Positions 10,335 to 20,089 are shown, numbered from the stretch's first letter. The stretch is 64,000 nucleotides of DNA from an uncultured Phycisphaerales bacterium (GCA_905480395.1 CAJQQE010000016.1:58-64057), one strand, 5' to 3'. Numbers and translations: made by a program. The notes: generated from the sequence alone by a model not told the origin.

Positions 10335-11006
10335 TCACGCTGAGCCTTTACCAGACCGTCGCTGACGCAGCCAGGCCATTTTCGCTCGGGGGATATGCAC
10401 TCGACCGGTGGCAGACCGACGCCACCAGATGATGATTCCGACAAGAATGGTCCCGACCAAGAGGGCGCCAACCCCGATGGTGACCCAGTGCAACGGACCG
10501 CTGGTCGAGAGCCCCCGCTGGGCGGCGAACCCGAGACCGAGCTGGAATCCAACGCTTAGGATCGCGGTCGAAAATTCAACCAGCAGGAACACCCCCCAAG
10601 AGAGATGCACCAAGCCACCGACTGCAACGCCGACCGTTCTCGATCCGGGAATGAACCGGGAGACGAGCAGTACCCACGTGCCATGACGGTCGTAGAGCGC
10701 CTTGACTTGGAGAATGCGTTTCGGATGCGCCTGCTTCCGGAACCAGTGCGTACCGACCAGCCGACCACCAAACTTCCGGCAGACCAAGAACCAGATCGTG
10801 TCGCCGCCGGTCACGCCAAGGTATGCGGCGAGAATGGTCCAGAACATCGGAAACTGACCGGACGCAATCTCCCAGCCGGCGGGAATCACGATCAGATCCT
10901 CGGGGAGATGGAGACCCACGCCGGCGATCACCAGCAACCCAAAAACCGCGATCGGACCGTAAAGGTCAAAGAGGTGCTGAACGAAATGATCTGCGGTTTC
11001 GTGCAT
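10335..11006 (-). CDS. DedA / VTT (SNARE-associated) family membrane protein
   Basis: GPIAVFGLLVIAGVGLHLPEDLIVIPAGW...YDRHGTWVLLVSRFIPGSRTV matches the DedA core. Confidence 0.85.
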   Translation of the reverse strand: MHETADHFVQHLFDLYGPIAVFGLLVIAGVGLHLPEDLIVIPAGWEIASGQFPMFWTILAAYLGVTGGDTIWFLVCRKFGGRLVGTHWFRKQAHPKRILQVKALYDRHGTWVLLVSRFIPGSRTVGVAVGGLVHLSWGVFLLVEFSTAILSVGFQLGLGFAAQRGLSTSGPLHWVTIGVGALLVGTILVGIIIWWRRSATGRVHIPRAKMAWLRQRRSGKGSA

Positions 11007-11210
11007 GGGAATCGCGCCCAGTATCCACGGTTCAGCCTCGATCTGCTCGGAATCGAGGCGGTTTTCGATCGTGACCGCAAAAATGGATCATCGGTGCCGG
11101 AACTCTGCGACTTCCATCCCGTTTGAGCCGAAACAATGTTATCGCGGAGATACCCACTTCGCATGCAACCTTCAATCGTCGGAATCCTGCCAAGCCAACA
11201 CGAGGCTCTG

Positions 11211-11876
11211 ATGCTCAATCTCTTTCGGACCCCATCGAACCGTCTTCTCTTCCTTCTCCTGATCACCGACATGGTGTTCGTCGTCATGCATATCGTGCTA
11301 CTGCGACTCGGATGCGATCCCTTCCTCTTCTCGCTTCAGGCGGATCTGGGTTTGTCCGAGATCTTCCAGTACGTCAAGGAATTCTGGATCGTCATTCTTC
11401 TCGTCATGGTCGCCATCGGACAGCGAAAATGGGTGTACGGATCATGGGCCTGTCTCTTCCTGTACCTGCTACTCGATGACTCTCTTCAGATCCACGAGAA
11501 TCTCGGGGTGTGCCTCGCCGAGCATTTCTCCTTGGAGCCCTTGCTCGGATTGAGAGCAAGAGACTTCGGAGAGATCGCGGTCTCCGCGTTCTTCGGAGGA
11601 ATCCTGTTTTCGCTCATCATCGCCGCGTACTTCTTCAGCGATGCTCGAGCAAGACTTGTCTCGAGACACCTGTTTTTTCTCGTCCTCTGCATGGTGTTCT
11701 TCGGAATCTTTGTCGACATGCTCCATGTCGCACTCCCCGATGTTCCGGGTCTCGCGGTGCTTGAGGACGGTGGCGAGATGGTCGTGATGAGCCTAATCGT
11801 CTGGTACATGTTCAATCTTGAGTGGGCTCGATCACCTTCCGAAGTTGGCGGGGAGGAAAATGACCAGGTCTCGTGA
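11211..11876 (+). CDS. hypothetical polytopic membrane protein
   Basis: ORF 11136..11876. The ATG at 11211 begins MLNLFRTPSNRLLFLLLITDMVFVVMHIV. About 6 hydrophobic helices. No family recognised. Confidence 0.5.
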   Translation: MLNLFRTPSNRLLFLLLITDMVFVVMHIVLLRLGCDPFLFSLQADLGLSEIFQYVKEFWIVILLVMVAIGQRKWVYGSWACLFLYLLLDDSLQIHENLGVCLAEHFSLEPLLGLRARDFGEIAVSAFFGGILFSLIIAAYFFSDARARLVSRHLFFLVLCMVFFGIFVDMLHVALPDVPGLAVLEDGGEMVVMSLIVWYMFNLEWARSPSEVGGEENDQVS

Positions 11877-12009
11877 TTCCTGGCGACCGGACCAATCCGT
11901 CTTGATCGTGTGACACAACGCAGAATCGGTGAGAAACGAAGGGTCCATGTTGGTATGGTCGCCTGTCATCTCAAGCGATTCGTCGTCTCCGTTACAATCC
12001 AGCACCCTC

Positions 12010-13020
12010 ATGCTGACTCTCGCCGAAGCCTATGTTCACGACCTTTCGCCATTCGCCCTTCGGCTTGGCGATGGATTCGGTATTCGCTGGTACGGACTCG
12101 CCTACCTCGCGGGATTCGTCGGCGGTTGGCTCATTCTCCGATGGATGGCTCGGACCGGGCGGGGCCTTCTTCGGCCTGAGCAGGTCGGCGATTTCATGAC
12201 TTGGATGGTCATCGGCGTGTTGATCGGCGGACGACTGGGATATGTCTTCTTTTATTCGATCGATCTCCTCTGGACGTTCTCGGGATCGTTCCCCTTCTGG
12301 GGCGTGCTCGAGATTCACAAGGGCGGCATGGCGAGCCACGGTGGCATCCTGGGCGTGATGGGGGCCTGTATCTTCTATGGTCTGCGCCACCGAATCACCC
12401 CATGGCACTTGGTCGACTGCGTCGCATTCTGCGCCCCGATTGGGCTGGGCCTGGGTCGACTCGCCAATTTCGTGAACGGTGAACTCTGGGGCCGACCGCT
12501 GTCCCCCGAACGACAAGCCGACGCGCCATGGTGGGCCGTGAAGTATCCCGACGAGATGCTCGACCCCGGATTCCAGAACGGCGCGAACGTCGACGGCCTC
12601 GCGACGATGGTGTCCAACCCGAACGGCGAATGGGGTCGACAGACCCTTCGCGATGCGGTGTACGCCGGCCGGTCGGATGTCTCGGAGGCGATCGCGCCGT
12701 ATCTCACCGCGTACTACCCAAGCCAGTTGTTCCAAGCCTGCACCGATGGTCTCTTACTGTTCGCGCTGCTCGCGATCGTGTGGTGGAAGCCGCGAAAGCC
12801 CGGAATCATCGGTGGCTGGTTCATGATCGGCTACGGCGTGATGCGCATCGCCTCGGAACAGTTCCGAGCCCAGTACCTGACCAACTGGGGCGTCTCCAGC
12901 ATCTGGCCCGCGGCGGGCCTTAGTGCTGTCATGATTGCGATCGGGCTCGGGATGATCTGGTGGTGTATTCGTCGGAACGATAATCCGATCGGCGGACTTC
13001 GTCGCCCCACGACCGCCTGA
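12010..13020 (+). CDS. lgt: prolipoprotein diacylglyceryl transferase
   Basis: GIRWYGLAYLAGFVGGWLIL, GGMASHGGILG and GLGLGRLANFVNGELWGRP are Lgt signature segments. ORF opens at 11929, but the ATG at 12010 (MLTLAEAYVHDLSPFALRL) fits the usual Lgt N-terminus. Confidence 0.9.
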   Translation: MLTLAEAYVHDLSPFALRLGDGFGIRWYGLAYLAGFVGGWLILRWMARTGRGLLRPEQVGDFMTWMVIGVLIGGRLGYVFFYSIDLLWTFSGSFPFWGVLEIHKGGMASHGGILGVMGACIFYGLRHRITPWHLVDCVAFCAPIGLGLGRLANFVNGELWGRPLSPERQADAPWWAVKYPDEMLDPGFQNGANVDGLATMVSNPNGEWGRQTLRDAVYAGRSDVSEAIAPYLTAYYPSQLFQACTDGLLLFALLAIVWWKPRKPGIIGGWFMIGYGVMRIASEQFRAQYLTNWGVSSIWPAAGLSAVMIAIGLGMIWWCIRRNDNPIGGLRRPTTA

Positions 13021-13125
13021 CCGCGATCACTTCCAGTCTGGTTTACGCGACCTCCCGAGCCATCGATTCGCACCAATCGGGGGATCGACCTCGTACCAGC
13101 GATCACCACGCCACCATCAAAGACA

Positions 13126-13149
13126 CCGCCCGGTCGGGGGACCGGGCGG
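13126..13149. terminator. perfect 10-bp hairpin between convergent lgt and the B12-binding gene
   Basis: CCGCCCGGTC-gggg-GACCGGGCGG. Only weak T tracts on either side (cgtttcgg on +). Confidence 0.5.
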
Positions 13150-13200
13150 CGTTTCGGAGGGCGTGAACCCTTCGCTTCGTTTGAGTAAGGGTTGAGCGAA

Positions 13201-13902
13201 TCAGGCGGCGCGAGTTGCCTTGCCGCGTCCCACGGTTCGATCGTCGAGGTTCGCGCGGACTTCGGGATACTCCTCGAGTTGCTCAAGCAGGTCGTCTGGA
13301 CCAGTTGCCCAGAGATCTGCCCCGATCTCCTCGGCCAGTCCCGCGGCACGATTGAAGATCCCGCCACCCACCACAATCTGCATCTCGGGGAACGCATTGA
13401 TTCCACGGATCTGATCGATCAGCTGGCGGATGCCTGGAGCATCATTTCCACCCGAGCTAAACATGAGCAGGACGTCGGGCCGTCGCTCGTGGACTTCCTG
13501 CATGATGTCGTCGTGAGCGATGTTTCCACCGCCGTAGGTGACGTCATAACCGTCAGCCTCAAGAAGATCGACGATCACTCGTGCCGCCAGGTCATCAAGT
13601 TCGGTCGGCCCACAGAACATGCAGATTGATCGATTGCGTGCGTCCTTCGGCTCGTATCGACTCTGGTTCTGTGCAATCAGGCCGGAGAGCGTTCGCGTGG
13701 CGTACTGCTGTGCGAGCCGAGTCATCTGATCGTTTCGATAGAGCGTCGTGATGTTGTTGATGGTCGGCCAGAAGACTTCGCGGGCCAGCGTCTCGGCGTT
13801 GATGTCATGATCGGCCGCGGCGTCCACCATCCGGCGGGCGGCATTGCGATCGCCGGAGATGAGTGAGGCGAACAGGCTTTCGATGAAGAGGTCGGTATTC
13901 AT
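13201..13902 (-). CDS. stand-alone cobalamin (B12)-binding-domain protein (B12-binding_2 helical cap + Rossmann B12-binding domain)
   Basis: From the ATG at 13902: MNTDLFIESLFASLISGDRNAARRMVDAAA...LAQQYATRTL (cap). Then ICMFCGPTELDDLAARVIVDLLEADGYDVTYGG...DVLLMFSS...IVVGGGIFN (B12-binding Rossmann fold). The ORF track start at 14088 adds 62 non-homologous residues. Confidence 0.8.
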   Translation of the reverse strand: MNTDLFIESLFASLISGDRNAARRMVDAAADHDINAETLAREVFWPTINNITTLYRNDQMTRLAQQYATRTLSGLIAQNQSRYEPKDARNRSICMFCGPTELDDLAARVIVDLLEADGYDVTYGGGNIAHDDIMQEVHERRPDVLLMFSSGGNDAPGIRQLIDQIRGINAFPEMQIVVGGGIFNRAAGLAEEIGADLWATGPDDLLEQLEEYPEVRANLDDRTVGRGKATRAA

Positions 13903-14194
13903 GTCTATTCCTACTTTGTGGCCCGGTGTGGGCGAGGCGATCCCGTACGGCGCCGGTCCTTCGGCGTCGAAAAGCGGTCTCTGGAAGCTGATGGAGTCGA
14001 GATCCTCTCGACGGTGATGATTTCTCTGACGGGCATACTCCCGTCGCTGAAGAGTTTTTCGACTCAATCGCCACCCGCACCACACCACACTTGTATTTCG
14101 AGTTACCGGATCTGACTCAGTCGGTTATTGACCGGTGATTTCACCAAATGCCATGGATACCGTTGATTATCAACCACTCATAAAGAGGGGTTGA

Positions 14195-14698
14195 TCAAGA
14201 CGTTGGGGGAAACGCCATCATCCATTGGAAGACGCTGCTCTCTGGGAGATCTCCCACCCCCAATTGACGAAGCATATTGAGGCACTGGGCTCGATGGTGC
14301 ATCGAGTGCGTCATCACATGAGCGCAGATTCCACCCCGGGTAAACACCAAGACCTTGTCTTCACGCTCACGATTCATGGTGTCCGTGAACTGCCCGGAGA
14401 GCACGGCGGCTTGGAATTCCTGGCTGGCTCGTTTCTGAGCGGACCGCAATTCCTCGATCGAATTGGCGGTCTCCCTTTGCATGGCGGCGAACGGATCTTT
14501 GGCCTCCTGCAAGACCCCGGTCCAGCCGATCATGGCGCCCAGATTATGAACCAAGGATTTTCGAATCGAGCCGAGGCCCATCTCGAACTCTTGATCCAGC
14601 GCCGCATCGTCGAGCGCAGCGCACGCATCAAAGAGACGATCATTTGCCCACGCGTCAAAGTCGAGCATCACGAGGTCTGGTCGAGTGGGCGTATTCAT
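14195..14698 (-). CDS. DinB-family (four-helix-bundle, metal-binding) protein
   Basis: DFDAWANDRLFDACAALDDAALDQEF...SIRKSLVHNLGAM...HVMTHSMHHRAQ is the DinB pattern. The start overlaps the stop of the upstream gene by 1 nt (TGATG). Confidence 0.8.
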   Translation of the reverse strand: MNTPTRPDLVMLDFDAWANDRLFDACAALDDAALDQEFEMGLGSIRKSLVHNLGAMIGWTGVLQEAKDPFAAMQRETANSIEELRSAQKRASQEFQAAVLSGQFTDTMNREREDKVLVFTRGGICAHVMTHSMHHRAQCLNMLRQLGVGDLPESSVFQWMMAFPPTS

Positions 14699-16260
14699 CA
14701 GAATTTTTCCAGTTCAGATTGATCGACAGAAGATGGCATCGGCGCGAGATCTTGATCCACGCCTTCCGATGCTTGAGAGACGAGGAACACCGCCAGAGTC
14801 GAGATGATCGCCACGCCGATCAGATTGAGGATGAATCCTTCTCGAATCATGCGATTAATGGGGACTTCTTCGGTTCCGTAGATCGCGGCGTTTGGCGCGG
14901 TTGCCACCGGAAGCATGAAAGCGCAGCTCGCGCTCATTGCTGCGGGGGCCATGAGGATGACCGGATCGATGCCCATCGCCATCGCGGTTGCACCAAGAAT
15001 CGGCATCATCAGCGCGGTCAAGGCGGTGTTACTCGTGATCTCGGTCAGGAAGGTCGTCAGCAAACAGACCAAACCCACCATCACCGGAATCGGTATTCCC
15101 CGCATGCCGGTGAGACTACCGGCGATGACTTCGCTCAATCCGGTGGACTTGAATGCTTGTGCCAATGCGATGCCGCCACCGAACAGAAGAAGTACACCCC
15201 AAGGAATCGTGCGGGCATGGGCCCAGTCGAGCAACCGCGCTCCGCGGCCATCCGGAAACGCGAACAGCGCTACGACGACGAGCGCAGCAACGGTCGCCGA
15301 TCCGGATCCTCGAGCATCGATGGCACCGGCCGATGCGAGACGGAGCAGGCCGGTCCATCCGCCACCGCCATCTTCGAGGCCGCGGGACGTGAACCAGTCG
15401 ATTGGAATCGCGGGGTACTTCTGAAAGATCCACAAGCCCGCCGCCACCGCAAACATGATCAAGACTCGGCGTTGTCCCGGCGTCCATGGCTCGCCCTTCG
15501 GGAGATTGAAGGTCTCTTTTCCGGAGAGGCCCCGAGTGAGCCACCACCAGGCAATCGGAACGAACAGAACGACCACCGGCACGCCGGCCTTCATCCACTC
15601 GAGGAATCCATACGATTCATTGCGGACCCCGAGTTTGTCGAATGCACCCATGAAAATGATGTTTGGGGGGGTTCCGATCGGCGTACCGATTCCGCCGATA
15701 TTGGCGGCGTAAGCAATGCCGAGCAGAAGTGGGATGGCGAAACGCCTATCACTAGTACCGCTGATCACCGCGAGCGCCACCGGGAGCATCATCAGCGTCG
15801 TCGCGGTATTCGAGATCCACATGGAGAGCGCCGCGGTTGCGATCATGAAACCGAGGATCACGCTCCGTCCACCATGCCCTCCCAGACGAGCCACGCCTTG
15901 GACGACTGCAATCGCCACCTTCTTATGCGCCCCGGTGCATTCCATGGCCCGACTCAACATGAATCCACCCATGAGGAGGAGAATCAGACTGTCACCGTAC
16001 GCGTGGGCGGTCGACTTGTGATCAAGCAGACCAAGCGTGGGAAGGAGTGCCAACGGAATCAAACTGGTCGCCGGAACAGGTACCGGTTCGGTGACCCACC
16101 AGATAGCGCACCAAAGCGTCACGCCCGCCAGCATCGAATCGTCAAGCTCGAGGCCGCCGGCGCGGAGGGCCATGGCAAAAGCCACCGCCAGAATCGGCCC
16201 GAGCGGCAGTGCGATTCGCTTCACCCTGGAACCCTGTGGTGCCTGTTCTTGATGACTCAA
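14698..16260 (-). CDS. DASS/SLC13-family anion:Na+ symporter
   Basis: 520 aa, polytopic. Twin hairpin motifs SNTATTLMMLPVA and SNTALTALMMPI are characteristic of DASS transporters. Confidence 0.9.
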   Translation of the reverse strand: MSHQEQAPQGSRVKRIALPLGPILAVAFAMALRAGGLELDDSMLAGVTLWCAIWWVTEPVPVPATSLIPLALLPTLGLLDHKSTAHAYGDSLILLLMGGFMLSRAMECTGAHKKVAIAVVQGVARLGGHGGRSVILGFMIATAALSMWISNTATTLMMLPVALAVISGTSDRRFAIPLLLGIAYAANIGGIGTPIGTPPNIIFMGAFDKLGVRNESYGFLEWMKAGVPVVVLFVPIAWWWLTRGLSGKETFNLPKGEPWTPGQRRVLIMFAVAAGLWIFQKYPAIPIDWFTSRGLEDGGGGWTGLLRLASAGAIDARGSGSATVAALVVVALFAFPDGRGARLLDWAHARTIPWGVLLLFGGGIALAQAFKSTGLSEVIAGSLTGMRGIPIPVMVGLVCLLTTFLTEITSNTALTALMMPILGATAMAMGIDPVILMAPAAMSASCAFMLPVATAPNAAIYGTEEVPINRMIREGFILNLIGVAIISTLAVFLVSQASEGVDQDLAPMPSSVDQSELEKF

Positions 16261-16958
16261 CGTGAATTCTCAGTGGTTAAAGGCGACGGGGAATCGCGGG
16301 TGGCCATGGCCCAGACGGTCATCGGAAAATTGGGTTCATTGCGAAGGGAGTGAAGACGGCTTCGATAGCCCATCCAACAGGAGAAGTTTGCCTTCACGCA
16401 CGCCCGATTCCCCCATGATCCGGTTTTGATGCGGTCGAGTGGGAATCCCGCCTCGCCGAGAAAGTGACGGAGGCCATCTTCCGTCCACCTCGTGCAGTCG
16501 ATCGGAAACTCGTGGACCCGGACCAAGAAAGGCGTCGAAATCAGAAATCGACCGCCGGGCCGTAACATCGACAGAACGTTTCCCGCGGCTCGATACGGAC
16601 GGTCAAGATGTTCGAAGACCTGGTCGGCGATGATTAGGTCGAATCGTTCCTCCAGCGGCTGGTCGCAGACGTCGAATGCTGGAAAATTTGCGGTTCGATG
16701 CGTCTTCCAAGGCCGGGCATCACGCCACTCGTCACCCGAGATTTCCAGGACGTCAAGGTCTTCCGCGGGGAGCTCGTCAAGCCAAGATTGAATCTCCTGT
16801 TGCTGGATCACACGAAGCCACTGGATCGGCTCGAGACCGATCATCTTCTCGATAAGCGCGCGAGCGCCCGTGGCCCCAACCAGCGCGCTCAACGCACGAT
16901 GCCAGGCGGGTCGGAGATTCTTAGCGGCGGTTTCGCCTCGCGCCACTTTGGAATTCAT
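16257..16958 (-). CDS. class I SAM-dependent methyltransferase
   Basis: VLEISGDEW...FDLIIADQVFEHLDRP...LRPGGRFLIS (Methyltransf_11-like). 4-nt overlaps with both neighbours. Confidence 0.8.
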   Translation of the reverse strand: MNSKVARGETAAKNLRPAWHRALSALVGATGARALIEKMIGLEPIQWLRVIQQQEIQSWLDELPAEDLDVLEISGDEWRDARPWKTHRTANFPAFDVCDQPLEERFDLIIADQVFEHLDRPYRAAGNVLSMLRPGGRFLISTPFLVRVHEFPIDCTRWTEDGLRHFLGEAGFPLDRIKTGSWGNRACVKANFSCWMGYRSRLHSLRNEPNFPMTVWAMATRDSPSPLTTENSR

Positions 16959-18142
16959 TGGCCAGACTCCTTCGAAACACTGGCGGACAATGCGGATCGC
17001 AGCACCGGCTCGAACACGTCGGCATGTCGCATGAATCCAAGATCGGTGGGATGTGAGGAATCGACCGTGGCGTCGCCGTCGTCCCCGAGCAAGCGGTCAC
17101 CTTCTATATAGAAGAGACGTTCAACACCCTCAGCCGTCAGTTCGTCTCGAGCCGCCTTCAATGCGGCTCGGTTTTCGTGATTACGAGCCGCCTTACCGGC
17201 GTTGAAAATCGCGTCGGCGTAGGTCCGATCCTCGACCAGAATGATCGGTACATCAGGCCGAAGCGACCGAAGACGGCGAACAAAGGGTGCCGCTCGTGCG
17301 GCCACCAGCTCACCACGAAGATTCGGAAGGCAGTCGATCACGTACGCCGAAGCATCGATCTCCGCCATCAGGTCGGCGATCTCTATGTCCAGTGTTCCGC
17401 TCCCGCTGAAACCGAGATTGACGACCGGAACATCCAGACGGCGACCAAGAATCGCCACGTGCGCCATTCCAGGCCGAGAAGCACAGGCGCCGTGGGTGAT
17501 CGAGGTGCCATAGAAGACGATCGGTCGATCCCGGCGTTTCGCTGGTTCGATGGAGGCGCCTTCCGCCGTACCGATCTCGATCGACTCCGCACCGTTGTAG
17601 AGCGGTAGATAAAGCAACCACTCCCGCACTTCAGGATCCAGTCCGTTCGCGAGCCGTTGCTCGTTCTTGACCGAGGCAGGGCGGCCATTCCCGACCCATC
17701 GCCAACCCGTATTCCCAGGGACCGCCGTCCGGGCGTAGAGATCCACACCGCTCACCCCGGTCGCGGGCATGTGCGGCATTTCTAATCGGTCGCTGGTTAA
17801 ATTCCAGCGCACCTCGATGGACGGGGAGTCCGAAAGAAATCGAATGGCGATTCCAGCCGAATGACGCGAGTTTCCCCAGACCGGCGGTCGAACCACATCC
17901 TCGGCCCGGGCGGGGAAGCGATCCCAAGGAGACTTTCGATCGTCGAACGCCCGGCCTTCGACCATCAATGAACCGGCGTCAGTCCAGGTTGTTTCTGCCG
18001 TGACGTGATTCGCATGGAGACCGAAGGTCGCCGAGATCAGCAGCAAGGCCGGAAGCATGCCGATTGGCGTGATGAGGCGTATCCAGATCTTCATCATCAT
18101 GATCCTGCTCTCAATTCGAATTGGAATACCACACCGATACAA
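16955..18142 (-). CDS. SGNH/GDSL-family hydrolase with N-terminal beta-sandwich domain
   Basis: Signal peptide (MMMKIWIRLITPIGMLPALLLISATFGLHA). Block I IVFYGTSITHG (Ser nucleophile), NLGFSGSG, and C-terminal DSSHPTDLG (D-x-x-H). Confidence 0.75.
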   Translation of the reverse strand: MYRCGIPIRIESRIMMMKIWIRLITPIGMLPALLLISATFGLHANHVTAETTWTDAGSLMVEGRAFDDRKSPWDRFPARAEDVVRPPVWGNSRHSAGIAIRFLSDSPSIEVRWNLTSDRLEMPHMPATGVSGVDLYARTAVPGNTGWRWVGNGRPASVKNEQRLANGLDPEVREWLLYLPLYNGAESIEIGTAEGASIEPAKRRDRPIVFYGTSITHGACASRPGMAHVAILGRRLDVPVVNLGFSGSGTLDIEIADLMAEIDASAYVIDCLPNLRGELVAARAAPFVRRLRSLRPDVPIILVEDRTYADAIFNAGKAARNHENRAALKAARDELTAEGVERLFYIEGDRLLGDDGDATVDSSHPTDLGFMRHADVFEPVLRSALSASVSKESGQ

Positions 18143-18185
18143 TCCCCCGAAGGGTGGCGTTGATCACTGATGATAAGGTGCCGCC

Positions 18186-19451
18186 ATGCGAACTACCAGA
18201 GTGTGCTTCTTCAGCCTGATTCTCTTGACCGGATGGGGTTCCGCCGCGGGGCAGAGTGACGAGATTTCCACCGAGATCGCGGCCCTTCGTGCGGAAATCG
18301 ATCAATACCGAGAGACGGCACACCGAGAATCGCTCGATCTGGTTCGGCGAGCGGAAGTCCGAAACATCATCGTGGACGCCTTAGAAGATTCACGAGGCCG
18401 GACTTCGTTTGCGGAAGGGCCATGGAATCAAGTCGCTTCAGCGGACGGCCTCTTTACCCTCGAAGTCGATGTGTTTATTCAATATGACTGGGTCTTGAAC
18501 GCCACTCCAGGCGAGCATACTCAGTACGGAACCGATCTCAATATGGCCTGGATCACGCTCAGCGGAACGGTCTTCAGTCCGGCATGGAGTTACGGAATCG
18601 CAACGTCTATGTACTCGGACGGAATTCCCAGCCCCGAATATGCATTCTTGCAATACGAGTTTGAAGATGGCCTCTTCCTTCAAGCAGGAATCCTCCCCGA
18701 AGCTTTCTCGCTTGAGCAGGCCATTTCCCCCACCGAACAACTTGGCGCATCTCTCTCGTATGCCGCTGGACAATTCGACGCGGGTCGTCCCGAGGGCCTG
18801 CTGGTCGGAAAACAACTTGATGATCATCGTTTCTGGTTGACCTTTTCCAATGGCTGGGGACAGAGCGACATTGACTCCCTCAAAAATCAGCGGATGGGCG
18901 TCATGGGTCGCTTTGAATTCAAGCCCTTCGGCGATTGGGACTCTCTTTACAGTTTCAATCCCTATCCCGAATCTGTGACCGACGGCCTACTGCTTGGAAT
19001 CGGAGGCGCCTATGACTGGGGTGATTACGACGTTAATGGACCGTCCGCAGTTTCCGGTGACGCCACCCGAGCGACCGTCGATCTCTCTTGGCAGCGGTCC
19101 GGGCTTGGGCTGATGGCGACCGGCTATTACCAAGACGTTCCCAGCGGTGGTGGTGAGGGCGGGAGGCGATGGGCCGGCGTCGGCCAAGGTGCCTTCTTCT
19201 TGACTCCGAACTGGGATGTGTATGTGCGGGGCGAGTGGGGAACGATTCTTGATAGCCAACAGGACGATGTCGTGATGGCCACCATCGGTACCAGTTGGTT
19301 TCCCGCTGGCAATTCACAGGTGAAGGTGACCGCAGAGTTCATCCAGTCCTGGGGATCAACCGTCGACTGGTTAGTCGACGGCGATCTCGGCGTACTCCAG
19401 GTCGACGAACCTCAGTCGATCATTCGCGCTCAAGTTCAACTGGCCTTCTGA
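18186..19451 (+). CDS. putative outer-membrane beta-barrel porin (OprO/P-like)
   Basis: Signal peptide, then an N-terminal coiled coil (EISTEIAALRAEIDQYRE). Alternating amphipathic strands follow, and the protein ends in an aromatic residue (RAQVQLAF). Family assignment is tentative. Confidence 0.5.
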   Translation: MRTTRVCFFSLILLTGWGSAAGQSDEISTEIAALRAEIDQYRETAHRESLDLVRRAEVRNIIVDALEDSRGRTSFAEGPWNQVASADGLFTLEVDVFIQYDWVLNATPGEHTQYGTDLNMAWITLSGTVFSPAWSYGIATSMYSDGIPSPEYAFLQYEFEDGLFLQAGILPEAFSLEQAISPTEQLGASLSYAAGQFDAGRPEGLLVGKQLDDHRFWLTFSNGWGQSDIDSLKNQRMGVMGRFEFKPFGDWDSLYSFNPYPESVTDGLLLGIGGAYDWGDYDVNGPSAVSGDATRATVDLSWQRSGLGLMATGYYQDVPSGGGEGGRRWAGVGQGAFFLTPNWDVYVRGEWGTILDSQQDDVVMATIGTSWFPAGNSQVKVTAEFIQSWGSTVDWLVDGDLGVLQVDEPQSIIRAQVQLAF

Positions 19452-20089
19452 GACTTACTGGGAATTTCACGGGGACGTTGCTTCAGGAACTCTTTGAATT
19501 CTTGGATGAGCTTGTATTCCGTTGGATTGTCTGGCAGAACCCAACTCGTTCCACTCTCCGCGAATACCGAAATCGCATTCGTGCTCACGACAATACCGAG
19601 CACCCAGAAAGTCAGTTGTGACACCACCTTTGGACGTTCAAACTTCGTCTTGATCACCATGAGACGACTCATCACTAACGTGATCCCACTGACCAGTAGG
19701 ATTGTGGCGAAGACAATAAATGCCCACGAATAGAGATGCAGACCGAGCACTTCGCCGCCATAGCCCGGGTCGCCGGGGAGGATGTGGAGCAAGACCTGCC
19801 GCCCACTCATCCATAAGCCCAAGACAGCCGCCAGAATCGACATGCCGAATCCGATGGCGAGATCGATTTTGGGATCAGAATCAAGAATCGAGGACCGATT
19901 GATAATGAACATCGGTCCCGCCGCCGCCAAGAGCATGGCCATGCGTTGAAGAATGCAGAGCGGGCAGGGAAGTTCCTTCCCTATGAACTGAAACCCAAAC
20001 GCCCCAAGCACCACGCCACAGACGCCTAGGACGTAGACATGGAGTAGGACGAATGAGACTCGGTGCCATCCACATAACTTGGTCATCAT
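19436..20089 (-). CDS. DsbB-like disulfide-bond-formation membrane protein (first CxxC only)
   Basis: ELPCPLCILQRMAMLLAA matches the DsbB first-loop CxxC-x2-(Q/E)R motif. 4-5 TM helices. SD-like GGAAGG before the ATG. Its 3' end overlaps the convergent porin gene by 16 nt. Confidence 0.7.
   Translation of the reverse strand: MMTKLCGWHRVSFVLLHVYVLGVCGVVLGAFGFQFIGKELPCPLCILQRMAMLLAAAGPMFIINRSSILDSDPKIDLAIGFGMSILAAVLGLWMSGRQVLLHILPGDPGYGGEVLGLHLYSWAFIVFATILLVSGITLVMSRLMVIKTKFERPKVVSQLTFWVLGIVVSTNAISVFAESGTSWVLPDNPTEYKLIQEFKEFLKQRPREIPSKSQKAS

Noticed and set aside
13903-14194. Possible cobalamin riboswitch in the leader of the B12-binding-domain gene
   Set aside because: The minus-strand RNA contains GGUGAAAUCACC and ACUGAGUCAGAUCCGGU, which loosely recall the GGUG..AA.UCC and B12-box (AGYCMGgAgaCCkGCc) elements. 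However, the spacing is far too short, the GGGAA element and the CCCGC..ACUG stem are missing, and the B12 box has a 2-nt instead of 4-nt spacer. I do not call it a riboswitch without a covariance-model hit.
14644-16353. 569-aa + strand ORF, the longest unassigned ORF in the track
   Set aside because: It is entirely antisense to the DASS transporter gene. The product is Arg/His/Gly/Asp-rich with no hydrophobic core or motifs, whereas the opposite strand encodes canonical SNT hairpin motifs. This is a typical high-GC shadow ORF.
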